A stretch of DNA of 64,000 nucleotides, taken from contig JBHLKM010000011.1 in the NCBI GenBank assembly GCA_048886685.1, forward strand, positions 15,115-79,114, given 5' to 3'. The notes under the pieces are model-generated. The model searched no databases and was not told the origin of the DNA. It saw only the letters and a program-made list of their open reading frames with translations. Both the position numbers and the translations under genes were made by a program. This document shows positions 39,226-48,939 of the stretch, in pieces (the stretch's first letter is position 1; every line of letters begins with the position of its first letter). The DNA comes from Candidatus Hodarchaeota archaeon (GTDB lineage Archaea > Asgardarchaeota > Lokiarchaeia > Sigyniarchaeales > SOKP01).

Positions 39226-41421
39226 ATGGAGCAAAATTCTATGATTTTGGCAGAAAAAAAATATGAAATCTACGAAGTTCAGAAGGGTTATGCTAATAGA
39301 ACCCTGTATATTAATCTTTCTAACAATGAGATTACGATTAAACCTGTTTCTGATGAAATGAAAGATAAATTCATTGGTGGAAAAGGTTTTGATTTGTGGC
39401 TTATGTGGAATTCTCTTCCAAAAGATGGTATAATTAAATGGAATGATCCTGAAAATGAGATTTGCATTTCTTCTGGTCCCTTAGGAGGGAGTATATTTTA
39501 TCCTGGATCAGGGAAGTCACTTGTGACCACAATATCACCATTGACAGGTATTATTGTGGATTCTAATGTTGGAGGTTATTTTGGACCATATCTTAAATTT
39601 TCTGGATTTGATGCATTAGAAATTCAAGGAAAAGCCCAAAAGGATGTTATTATTTATATTGATGGAATGGAAGGATTAGTTCAAATTAATGAAGTTAAAG
39701 ATTCCGATGGTTTCTCAGAATATTCTCATGAACTTACTCAACAATTAACTGAAAAATATGCAAAAGAAGACTCTGAGAAGCGACAGATCTCAGTAGTGAG
39801 CTCTGGTCCTGCCGCCAAGCATTCAAAATGGGGGATGCTTAACTTTTCGTGGTATACAACAACCCGTAAACATGCTTCTGTTAAACAAGCTGGCCGAGGG
39901 GGAATAGGGACCGTGTTTAATTATAAGAATATAAGAGCCCTCGTTTGTCGGGCACCTAAAGTAACAATAAAATCAAATAATCCAGCGGATTTAGATGCTG
40001 CTCGAGAATTAGGAAAAGTTCATAGCAAGGAAATTGTAGATATTGATCCAACTCAAAATGAGATGAGAAGAGTTGGGACGGGTTATTTACCAGATATAAT
40101 GAATGTTGTCGATCTATTACCTGTAGAAAACTTTCGATTTGGATCTCATAAAGAAATCAAAGATAAAAACATACCATTTAATCGTGAGGAGATGCGTACA
40201 GTTTACCATGTTAGAGAAGGAGCAGATGGGTGTTGGATAGGATGTACAATGTCCTGTTCACATTATACTCTTGGGCATAAAGTCATGACTGGCCCATTTA
40301 AAGGTCAAGAAGTAATTGTTGAAGGTCCTGAATATGAAACTATAGCGGGATGTGGTTCAAATTGGGGTGTTTGGGATATTAAATGGGTACTTGAAGTTAA
40401 CTTTTATTGCGACACGTATGGGTTGGATACAATCTCAACTGGTACAGGAATTGGATTTGTAATGGAATGTTATGAAGAAGGAATATTAAACAAAGAAATT
40501 ACAGGAGGACTTGAACTTAATTTTGGAAACGCCGAAGCTGCTTTAGAATTAATTCATCAGATGGCACGTGGGGAAGATTTTGGAGTTGTGGTAGGGCAAG
40601 GAATAAGAGAAATGAAGAAAATTTTTGCTGAGAAATATGGTGGAGACCCTCAATTTCTTCAAGATATAGGAATGGAACACAAGGGTTTGGAATTCTCAGA
40701 ATATATAACAAAAGAATCTCTTGCACAGCAAGGAGGATACGGATTAGCACTTAAAGGCCCTCAACATGATGAAGCATGGCTGATTTTCGAAGATATGGTA
40801 AGAAATACACTTCCTACATTTGAAGATAAAGCAAAGGCTTTACGTTGGTTTCCTTATTGGCGGACATGGTTCGGTTTGAATGGTCTCTGTAAACTACCCT
40901 GGAACGACGCTATCGGACCCCAAAATAAAGATTTGCCAGTAAAAGATCCAGAAACAGGTGAACTACTTCAAGCAAGAATACCATATCATGTTGAGTGGTA
41001 TGCAAAGTTTTTCTTTGCAGTTACTGGAAGGCAATCTACTCCAGGTGATCTTATTAAAATGTCTGAACGAGTCTATAACTTCCAAAGAATATTTAATATT
41101 AGATTAGGTCAGGGTTTACGCGAAGGTGATTCTAATTTGCCTTATAGAGCAATGGGACCTGTCTTACCTTTAGAATATGAAAGCAGATTAGAATTATATG
41201 ACTCTCAATTAAAGGATTTAGGATTTAATATTGAAGGAGAAACAACTAAAGAAAAGATTAAAATCCTCCGAAAACATCGTGAAGAACAATATTCAAAACT
41301 TCAAGATGCAGTTTATAAAGAACGTGGTTGGAACCAAAATGGGTGCCCAAGAATAGAAAAAGTCAAAGAGTTGGGAATAGACTACGATGATGTAATATCT
41401 TTAATAAAACCATATCAATAA
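39226..41421 (+). CDS. aor: Tungsten/molybdenum aldehyde:ferredoxin oxidoreductase family
   Basis: FIGGKG, SPLTG, AGRGGIG, CWIGCTMSC, GPEYET, CDTYGLDTIS and GLC motifs. Confidence 0.9.
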   Translation: MEQNSMILAEKKYEIYEVQKGYANRTLYINLSNNEITIKPVSDEMKDKFIGGKGFDLWLMWNSLPKDGIIKWNDPENEICISSGPLGGSIFYPGSGKSLVTTISPLTGIIVDSNVGGYFGPYLKFSGFDALEIQGKAQKDVIIYIDGMEGLVQINEVKDSDGFSEYSHELTQQLTEKYAKEDSEKRQISVVSSGPAAKHSKWGMLNFSWYTTTRKHASVKQAGRGGIGTVFNYKNIRALVCRAPKVTIKSNNPADLDAARELGKVHSKEIVDIDPTQNEMRRVGTGYLPDIMNVVDLLPVENFRFGSHKEIKDKNIPFNREEMRTVYHVREGADGCWIGCTMSCSHYTLGHKVMTGPFKGQEVIVEGPEYETIAGCGSNWGVWDIKWVLEVNFYCDTYGLDTISTGTGIGFVMECYEEGILNKEITGGLELNFGNAEAALELIHQMARGEDFGVVVGQGIREMKKIFAEKYGGDPQFLQDIGMEHKGLEFSEYITKESLAQQGGYGLALKGPQHDEAWLIFEDMVRNTLPTFEDKAKALRWFPYWRTWFGLNGLCKLPWNDAIGPQNKDLPVKDPETGELLQARIPYHVEWYAKFFFAVTGRQSTPGDLIKMSERVYNFQRIFNIRLGQGLREGDSNLPYRAMGPVLPLEYESRLELYDSQLKDLGFNIEGETTKEKIKILRKHREEQYSKLQDAVYKERGWNQNGCPRIEKVKELGIDYDDVISLIKPYQ

Positions 41422-41456
41422 AAATTAAATTACTTAATTACTAATATAGAATCCAA

Positions 41457-43541
41457 ATGGAGAACATAACCTCCCATCCCATATTGAAAATACCTGAAAG
41501 AAAAAAGGTCAACTTTAGTTTTAACGACAAACAGTTATACGGATATAAAGGAATGGTAATCTCTTCAGCACTTTTTCTTAATAAGATCAAAATTTTTGGA
41601 CATCATGTTAAGGATTCAAGCCCTCAAGGAATTTTTTGCGCAAATGGGCAGTGTTCACAGTGTAATGTCATAGCTAATGGGATTCCGGTTAAAGCATGTA
41701 TGACTTCTCTCAGAGAAGGGATGATTATAGAAAGTTGTAATGGATTGCCAGAATTACCTGCTAAAGATGAACCAGTTAAGATAGGGGATCCTGAGATTAT
41801 TGATCTTGAAGTTCTAGTGATTGGTGCTGGCCCCGCAGGGTTATCTGCAACTAAAATCTTAGGAGAATCTAAACTTGAGGTTTTATTAGTCGATGATAAA
41901 GATAGACTTGGAGGTAAGTTAGTTCTTCAAACTCATAAATTTTTTGGTTCTCAAGAGGATGTTTATGCAGGGAAACGCGGTATTGAAATAGCAGAAATTC
42001 TTGGGCAATCCGTACTTTCATTAGAAAATGTTCAAGTTTGGCTTAATAGTGTGTGTTTAGCAGTTTTTAACGATGGGTATGTTGGAATTCTCAAAAATAA
42101 TAAGGAATATGTATTAGTTAAACCAAATTATCTTCTTGTTGCTACAGGGGCACGTGAAAAGATGTTAGTTTTTCCTGGTAATACTTTACCGGGAGTATAT
42201 GGTGCGGGGGCATTTCAAACATTAGTAAATCGTGATTTAATTAGAGCTGCTGAAAAAGTGTTTATTGTTGGAGGAGGAAATGTTGGTTTAATTGCAGGTT
42301 ATCATGCTATTCAGGCAGGAATCGAAGTTATTGGACTAATTGAAGCAATGCCTCAATGCGGGGGGTATAAGGTTCATGAAGATAAGTTAAGACGATTAGG
42401 TGTTCCTATTTTCACAAATCATACAGTAATCTCTGCAAATGGAGATAATAAAGTTGAGTCTATAACTATTGCTCAGATAAATAATGAATTTAAACCCATA
42501 TCTGGAACTGAAAAAACCTTTTCCTGCGATACTATCTTGATAGCAGTTGGTTTAAATCCAGTTGATGAGTTTTACCAAAAGGCAACGGAATATGGTTTAA
42601 AAGTTTGGGTCGCCGGAGATGCCCAAGAAATAGCAGAAGCTTCTGCAGCAATATTCACGGGTAAAATTGAAGCTTTAAAGATATTAAAAGAGATGGGAAT
42701 TAAAACAGAAGAGGATTTAAAAACCCTTCAGGAAATTTCTGAAGTTATGAAGTCAAAACCTCCACCCCCAATTGATGTAGACTTTACATATAAAGAAGAA
42801 GGTATTTTTCCAGTATTCTATTGTAATCAAGAAATACCTTGCAACCCTTGTACCACAGTATGCCCAAATCAACAGATTGAAACAATTGACAATTTAATTA
42901 CTCAATTGCCTTATTTTAAAGATGATCAAGAATGTATAGGATGTGGTAAATGTGTTGCTGTTTGTCCTGGGTTGGCAGTTGTGTTAAAGGATTACAGAAA
43001 GGATAAAAAAAATCCATCCGTAACGTTTCCTCTCGAACTCACCGAAAAAAGGCTTGAAAAAGGTCAAGAAATTGTTGTTACGAGTAATGATCAAGAATTA
43101 GGTCAATTTGAAGTCTATAGAGCAAGGATTCTAAAAGAATTTCCAAAAACTCAATTAATAACTGTTAAATTACCATCAGAAATAGCAAAACAAGCAGTTG
43201 CCATTAAATTATTTAAAAGCATGTATTCTGAGCCTATTGACATCTATCAAAAAGAATTTACTGATGACGCTACGATTGTTTGTAGATGTGAGCGTGTATC
43301 GGTTGGAGAGATACGTAAATGGATTCGTTCAGGTGTAAAGGATTTTAATGAATTAAAAGCTTTAACCAAAGTTGGAATGGGTGCGTGCGGTGGAAAAACT
43401 TGCACTCCTCTAATTAATAAAATATTTCAAGAGGAAGGTATTTCGATTGATGATATTATTCCTGGAACGAAACGCCCATTATTTATTGAAGTGCCGATGG
43501 GAATTTTTGCTAGTGCTAGAGAAAAAAAGGACTTGATATAA
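41457..43541 (+). CDS. Multidomain flavoprotein ([2Fe-2S] + FAD/NAD(P) + 2x[4Fe-4S] + BFD-like), proline/sarcosine dehydrogenase alpha-type
   Basis: CANGQCSQC..C, GAGPAG, ATGARE, GGGNVG, CNPCTTVCP, CIGCGKCVAVCP and CRCE..GMGACGGKTC. Confidence 0.85.
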   Translation: MENITSHPILKIPERKKVNFSFNDKQLYGYKGMVISSALFLNKIKIFGHHVKDSSPQGIFCANGQCSQCNVIANGIPVKACMTSLREGMIIESCNGLPELPAKDEPVKIGDPEIIDLEVLVIGAGPAGLSATKILGESKLEVLLVDDKDRLGGKLVLQTHKFFGSQEDVYAGKRGIEIAEILGQSVLSLENVQVWLNSVCLAVFNDGYVGILKNNKEYVLVKPNYLLVATGAREKMLVFPGNTLPGVYGAGAFQTLVNRDLIRAAEKVFIVGGGNVGLIAGYHAIQAGIEVIGLIEAMPQCGGYKVHEDKLRRLGVPIFTNHTVISANGDNKVESITIAQINNEFKPISGTEKTFSCDTILIAVGLNPVDEFYQKATEYGLKVWVAGDAQEIAEASAAIFTGKIEALKILKEMGIKTEEDLKTLQEISEVMKSKPPPPIDVDFTYKEEGIFPVFYCNQEIPCNPCTTVCPNQQIETIDNLITQLPYFKDDQECIGCGKCVAVCPGLAVVLKDYRKDKKNPSVTFPLELTEKRLEKGQEIVVTSNDQELGQFEVYRARILKEFPKTQLITVKLPSEIAKQAVAIKLFKSMYSEPIDIYQKEFTDDATIVCRCERVSVGEIRKWIRSGVKDFNELKALTKVGMGACGGKTCTPLINKIFQEEGISIDDIIPGTKRPLFIEVPMGIFASAREKKDLI

Positions 43542-43543
43542 CA

Positions 43544-44710
43544 ATGGTTGAATATGATGTAATTATCATAGGGGCTGGCAGCGTTGGTGTACCAACAGCT
43601 TTAGCAGGTGCAAATGATGGCCTTCGAATACTAGTTCTCGATTTATTACCTTCAGTTGCTCAAGGGGATAATAAACACGCAATAGGAGGAATCCGAGCGA
43701 CTCATTCCCACATAGGGAAAGCCTTACTTTGTCAAAGATCGATAGAGATCTTTTCTACATGGGAAGAAAAGTATGGGGATGATATTTGGTGGCATCAAGG
43801 GGGATATACTTTTTTAGCTTTTACGGAAGAAGATGAGAAAATGCTAAAAGATACCGTAAAACTCCAAAAAAAAAATGGTTTAAATATAAATTTTGTTGAT
43901 ACTGAGAAAATTAAAGAAATTATACCAGGGATTAATGATGATGGGTTATTAGGAGGAACATATAGTCCCGAAGATGGGAATGCTTCACCCTTATTATCTT
44001 TACATGCATTTTTTCGCCAGTCAAAAGAATTAGGTGCTGAATATCACTTTAATGAAAAAGTTAATAATATAATTATAAAAAAAGATAAAATTAGGGGAGT
44101 TAAAACAACCAAATCAAAATATAAAACTAATTTTGTTATTAATGCTGCTGGTGCTCATGCTAAACATATAGGTGCCATGGTTGGTGTCAATTTCCCCGTT
44201 GATCCTGAGTCTCATGAAGCAGGTATTACTGAACCTGTTAAAAAATTCTTTTCACCAATGGTGGTTGACGTTCGACCGTTTGTTGATGAAAAATTTGGAG
44301 GTTCTAAAAATTATTACTTTTATCAAAATGATGAAGGAAAGATATTATTTTGTTTGACCCCCAATCCAAACATTTTTGGTATTGACCGTAGAGAAACTAG
44401 CTCGTTTTTACCTCAAATTTCAAAAAGAATGGTTAAGCTTTTGCCTCGTTTAAGGAATTTAAAAATTAGAAGAACATGGCGCGGTTTATACCCAATGACG
44501 GTAGATGGGAATCCAATTGTAGGTAAGATTGATGAGGTAGATGGATATATTAACGCTATTGGAATGTGTGGGCAGGGTTTCATGTTAGGACCTGGTTTAG
44601 GAGAACTTATAGGTCGACTTCTAAATCAAAAATTGAACTCTCAAGACCATGAAATTTTAAAGAGTTTATCCTATAAACGTGAATATTTTAAAGAAGAAGT
44701 ATTAAAATAG
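43544..44710 (+). CDS. FAD-dependent amino-acid oxidoreductase (DAO family), proline dehydrogenase/sarcosine oxidase beta-type
   Basis: IIGAGSVG, NAAG, RTWRGLYPMTVDGNPIVG and GMCGQGFMLGP. Confidence 0.88.
   Translation: MVEYDVIIIGAGSVGVPTALAGANDGLRILVLDLLPSVAQGDNKHAIGGIRATHSHIGKALLCQRSIEIFSTWEEKYGDDIWWHQGGYTFLAFTEEDEKMLKDTVKLQKKNGLNINFVDTEKIKEIIPGINDDGLLGGTYSPEDGNASPLLSLHAFFRQSKELGAEYHFNEKVNNIIIKKDKIRGVKTTKSKYKTNFVINAAGAHAKHIGAMVGVNFPVDPESHEAGITEPVKKFFSPMVVDVRPFVDEKFGGSKNYYFYQNDEGKILFCLTPNPNIFGIDRRETSSFLPQISKRMVKLLPRLRNLKIRRTWRGLYPMTVDGNPIVGKIDEVDGYINAIGMCGQGFMLGPGLGELIGRLLNQKLNSQDHEILKSLSYKREYFKEEVLK
44184..44610 (+). repeat. Direct repeat copy 1 (427 bp)
   Basis: About 25 mismatches (hand count), no indels, versus 45734..46160. 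Confidence 0.95.
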
Positions 44711-45094
44711 ATTAGAAGGATCAGGATCTTGAATTCTACGTAATTTAAGAGATTCAAGAATATTAATAATTTCTTTTTCATTAGATGTTGGGTAAAATTT
44801 CTTCAATATCTTTTTTAAAATCAAATTTATTAGTATAAAAATAAATGTGCTTAATAAACTAGGAATTGTTATAGAAGAAATTATGATTTGAATCAAATCT
44901 TCCCTTGTAACATCTGTTGGTCGATATATAAGAGTATGTGGAAGCGGGGGGTAAAAGAGAATAACTAAAATCGAGAACATACTCATTATGATTAAAGCTA
45001 CTGATAATATTATCCCCCAATAAGATACCCTTTTAGCAATAAAAATAGATTTAAACTTCTTTGTTGAAGTAAAAGTTTGATTTCTATTAGCCAA
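44702..45094 (-). CDS. Two-TM membrane protein
   Basis: Two hydrophobic segments; TTG start. Confidence 0.55.
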   Translation of the reverse strand: MANRNQTFTSTKKFKSIFIAKRVSYWGIILSVALIIMSMFSILVILFYPPLPHTLIYRPTDVTREDLIQIIISSITIPSLLSTFIFILINLILKKILKKFYPTSNEKEIINILESLKLRRIQDPDPSNLF

Positions 45095-45506
45095 TTCTAC
45101 TCACATTCCAACTAATAATATCTGCTTATTAAAATTCATTAGGTAAGATTTGTTTTTATAATTAATGCTTAATTGGTAAGTATTTAATTCATATAATGAT
45201 TAATCCAAATAAGAGAATGGAATTTGGTTCACTAATAAAAAATGGAATAGCTCTCGATAAAACCGGAAAACCAGATTATATGGGAGACCTTATAGTTTCT
45301 ATTCGAAACCAATCTTGGAAGGTATAAAAGATCCTTTTGATTTCTTCTTCGAAGAAAATTATGATTTTGACAGTTTAAGGAGGATCAAACAAGAAATTTT
45401 AGAAAAATATTTAAAATCTTGAATTTATTTGATTCATTAATTATTAACTATAATTTAAGGAATTTAACATTATATATAATTAAAAACACTGAAAATGCGA
45501 TAAATT

Positions 45507-45733
45507 ATGGTTAGACATTTACTTAAAATATCAGATCTTTCGAGGTCAGAATGTGAACTTATTATAAATAAAGCAATAGATATTAAAAAAAGTCCTAACA
45601 AATATTATAAATCTCTCGAGCATGAAACACTTCTAATGTTATTCGAAAAACCATCTTTAAGAACACGTATCTCATTTGAAACTGGAATGCAACAATTAGG
45701 GGGTCATGCTATTTTTTACTCGATTAAAGATTC
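45507..45733 (+). pseudogene. arcB: 5' fragment of ornithine carbamoyltransferase
   Basis: MVRHLLKISD...FEKPSLRTRISFE...FYSIKDS matches the first ~76 aa of 47776..48708, then homology stops. Confidence 0.92.
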
Positions 45734-46260
45734 GTGTCAATTTACCCGTTGATCCTGAGTCTCATGAAGCAGGTATTACAGAACTTGTTAAAAAATTCTT
45801 TTCACCAATGGTAGTTGACATTCGACCGTGTGTTGATGAAAAATTTGGAGATTCTAAAAATTATTACTTTTATCAAAATAAGGAAGGAAAGATATCATTT
45901 TGTTTGACCCCTAATCCAAATATTATTGGTATTGACCGTAGAGAAACTAGCTCATTTTTACCTCAAATTTCAAAAAGAATGGTTAACCTTTTGCCCCGTT
46001 TAAGGAATTTAAAAATTAGAAGAACATGGCGCGGTCTATACCCTATGACGGCAGATGGCAATACAATTCTAGGTAAGATTGATGAGGTAGATGGATATAT
46101 TAACGCTATTGGAATGTGTGGGCAGGGTTTCATGATAGGACCTGGATTAGGAGAACTTTTAAGTCGCCTTTTAACAGAAAAAACATCCAGTAGTGATAGA
46201 GAAATTTTAGATAGTCTTTCATCTACTCGAGATTTTGGTATAATAGAAGAATTAAAATAA
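45734..46260 (+). pseudogene. 3' fragment of the DAO-family oxidoreductase (contains repeat copy 2, 45734..46160)
   Basis: Lacks the N-terminal FAD-binding half; about 94% identical to 44184..44610. Confidence 0.9.
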
Positions 46261-46278
46261 AAATGGCGAATATTTAAA

Positions 46279-46506
46279 ATGAATTTTGATATATTAGTAA
46301 AAAATGGAAAAATTATCGATGGTGCAGGAAATCCCGGATATTGAGCTGATATTGGAATAAAAAACGGCAACATAGTGAAAATTCACCCAAAATTAGATGT
46401 TCATACAGCAAAAGAAGTAATTAATGCTTCAGACATGATTATATGTTCTGGGTTTATTGATATGCATTCCCACACCGATGTTATCGGTGCTTTTATTTCA
46501 GAATGA
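46279..46506 (+). pseudogene. 5' remnant of an N-acyl-D-amino-acid deacylase (amidohydrolase)
   Basis: MNFDILVKNGKIIDGAGNPGY*ADIGIKNG...SGFIDMHSHTD; internal TGA at 46342 and truncation just after HxH. Confidence 0.85.
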
Positions 46507-46609
46507 GTTAAGATTTGCCAATGGTCAGGAGTATCAAAATTAAATTAGCTCGCTGCACAAAAATGTAAATAACTTTTAATATTCAATTTCACTAATAATT
46601 AGGAGAACA

Positions 46610-47680
46610 ATGAGTTTTGAAAATTTATTATTAGGAATTACAACTTTTATTGCAGGTTCATTATCACTAACTAATGGAATACTTACATATGTTTATGCAA
46701 GAAGAAGAAAGAATCGTGTTATATTTTTGTTTTCAGCAAATTGGTTTCTTCAAGCAATATTCTGGTATCTGGATGGTACAGCTCATTTAACTTATACTCC
46801 TTTAATTATGGCAATCTCATTTATCCCACACACTTTAGGGGTGCTATTTCTCTTTACCTATATAGAGCTTATTGAAAAAGAAAATGTAAGTTCTTTAAAA
46901 GTTACATTCTTAGTTATTATTGAATTGTTGTTTGTATCTTTAGCATTTCTTCCAGGTGGAATGGAAGTTATTCCTGATTATGGTGTTCATATCATTGGGC
47001 TCTGTAGAATATTTCAAATTATTTTCCTTATCATCTATGTTTTCTACTATTTTACTTGGAGTTATAAAACATGGAGGAGATCCCCTAATGAATTAAGAAA
47101 AAAAGCATCACTTCTATTATTAGGAAGCGCATTATTTTCTATTGTAACAGTTTTGATGTATGTAGTTGGAACCCTCGTAAAAATATTCAATCCTCTTGGA
47201 TTTGTTGTCCATGGAATTGGAGCTTTGATTACTGTAATAGTAATCTGGCAGGAACCAAAACTCATATACGTATTACGTTTTAAGGCATACAGGCTCATTG
47301 TATTGGAAACAGGTAGCGGTACTGCCCTATATAAACATGATTGGGCAGAATTAAGAAATATTGACGAAAATTTCTTTTCTATGATGCTTCAAGCAATAAG
47401 TAATGTGTTGAATGAGCTTCTTCACAAGGGGGAAGTCCGTGAAGTTCATACAGATCAAGCAGTTCTTCTTATCCAACATAATGTTCAATATCCAATTGCT
47501 TCTGTGTTAGTAGCTTCAAAATCATGCAAATCGTTAAGATATGGTTTAAAGGAATTCAATGAACAATTCGTAACAAAATTTTCTTCAGACATTGAGATTA
47601 GTTACCAAAATGTCAGTAGATTTAATGATGCAATTATCTTAGTTAATAAAATTTTTGATTTTGTACCAGAATATAAATAG
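46610..47680 (+). CDS. Seven-TM protein with C-terminal longin/roadblock-like domain
   Basis: Seven hydrophobic segments in aa 1-215; a soluble C-terminal domain with the same pattern as the TPR protein tail. Confidence 0.72.
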   Translation: MSFENLLLGITTFIAGSLSLTNGILTYVYARRRKNRVIFLFSANWFLQAIFWYLDGTAHLTYTPLIMAISFIPHTLGVLFLFTYIELIEKENVSSLKVTFLVIIELLFVSLAFLPGGMEVIPDYGVHIIGLCRIFQIIFLIIYVFYYFTWSYKTWRRSPNELRKKASLLLLGSALFSIVTVLMYVVGTLVKIFNPLGFVVHGIGALITVIVIWQEPKLIYVLRFKAYRLIVLETGSGTALYKHDWAELRNIDENFFSMMLQAISNVLNELLHKGEVREVHTDQAVLLIQHNVQYPIASVLVASKSCKSLRYGLKEFNEQFVTKFSSDIEISYQNVSRFNDAIILVNKIFDFVPEYK

Positions 47681-47775
47681 TAGATTTTCGGCAGTAATTG
47701 AGTTCTTATTTAATTTATATCTAATCTTTCTTTCTATTATTATAATTATTTCTAATAATTTCAAATTGAATAAAA

Positions 47776-48708
47776 ATGGTAAGGCATCTATTAAAAGTCT
47801 CTGATTTTTCAAAAGAAGAATGTAAAAGAGTTATTAGTAAATCTATTGAAATTAAGAAAAATCCTAAAAAATATGATAAAGAATTAGAAGGAGAAACTCT
47901 TTTAATGCTATTTGAAAAACCTTCACTGAGAACCCGAATTTCTTTTGAAACAGGTATGCAACAATTGGGTGGACATGCTATATTCTATTCAATCAAAGAT
48001 TCCCCTTTGGGTAAAAAAGAAAACATTAGTGATACAGCTAAAGTCGCATCAAGATTTGTCAACATAATAGCTGCTCGTGTCTTTAAAAGGCAAGATATTA
48101 GGGCTCTTGCAAAATATGCCGATGTTCCTGTTATTAACATGCTTGATGATTTTGCGCATCCATGTCAGATTCTTGGGGATTTTCAAACAATCAAAGAAAA
48201 GAAGGGAAGTCTTGATAACTTTAAATTATCCTATTTTGGAGATGCTAATAATAATGTTACCTATGACCTAATGAGGATGTGTGCAATGTTTGGTTTAAGA
48301 ATGGATGTTACTTGCCCTATTAATCCTGAATATTCACCTGAACAAATTGTTATAGATGAAGTATCAGAACTCTCCAAAGATAATGAGGCTGAAATAAAAG
48401 TAGTTCATGATGCACTTGAAGCTGCCAAAGATGCCGATGTGATATATACTGATAGTTGGATGAGTTATGGAATACCAGCAGAGCAAGAAGAAGAGCGAAA
48501 AAAAGCTTTTATGCCCTATCAAGTTACCTCTTCAATTATGCAAGCGGCTAAGCCAAACGCAATTTTTATGAATTGTTTGCCTGCAATGCGAGAATATGAA
48601 CAAACAGCTGATGTTATTGACGGACCACTATCAATTGTATTTGATCAGGCCGAAAATCGTCTACATATACAAAAAGCAATTATGCTCTTTTTACGAGAGA
48701 AATTTTAA
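47776..48708 (+). CDS. arcB: Ornithine carbamoyltransferase
   Basis: SLRT, HPCQ, GDANNNV, DSWMSYG, NCLP and QAENR. Confidence 0.93.
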   Translation: MVRHLLKVSDFSKEECKRVISKSIEIKKNPKKYDKELEGETLLMLFEKPSLRTRISFETGMQQLGGHAIFYSIKDSPLGKKENISDTAKVASRFVNIIAARVFKRQDIRALAKYADVPVINMLDDFAHPCQILGDFQTIKEKKGSLDNFKLSYFGDANNNVTYDLMRMCAMFGLRMDVTCPINPEYSPEQIVIDEVSELSKDNEAEIKVVHDALEAAKDADVIYTDSWMSYGIPAEQEEERKKAFMPYQVTSSIMQAAKPNAIFMNCLPAMREYEQTADVIDGPLSIVFDQAENRLHIQKAIMLFLREKF

Positions 48709-48939
48709 AAAGTCTATCTTATCCACTTATACTTCTTCGTGACGAGATGGTGCGCCGTCTGCAGAACAAGAGAAGTTCCCACCAGGAATGCCTAGTCAAG
48801 ATTTCATAGAATATAGATTTGGAACTATTCCATCTAATTATACTAAAATAGGATTTTTCTGAGAAAAATTTTAAATAATAAGTTAAATATTATCTATTTT
48901 TCCTTTACTTTTGTGTAATTTTATCTAGAGGTTTATTAA

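Noticed and set aside
45706-46260. 184-aa ORF as a functional gene
   Set aside because: Its ATG comes from an alternate frame of the OTC fragment, and it lacks the FAD-binding N-terminus.
46342-46344. In-frame TGA as possible selenocysteine (also 13909-13911)
   Set aside because: Neither is at a Cys-equivalent position, both lie in truncated remnants, and no SECIS was recognised. Nonsense mutation is the simpler explanation.
45963-46373. 136-aa minus-strand ORF and the other short antisense or overlapping ORFs in the track
   Set aside because: These are shadows of well-supported genes or pseudogenes, with no recognisable motifs.
48725-48800. Short GC-richer patch between arcB and arcC, possible ncRNA or IS scar
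   Set aside because: No convincing stem, terminal repeat, tRNA fold or identifiable peptide by eye; would need an Infernal or BLAST search.
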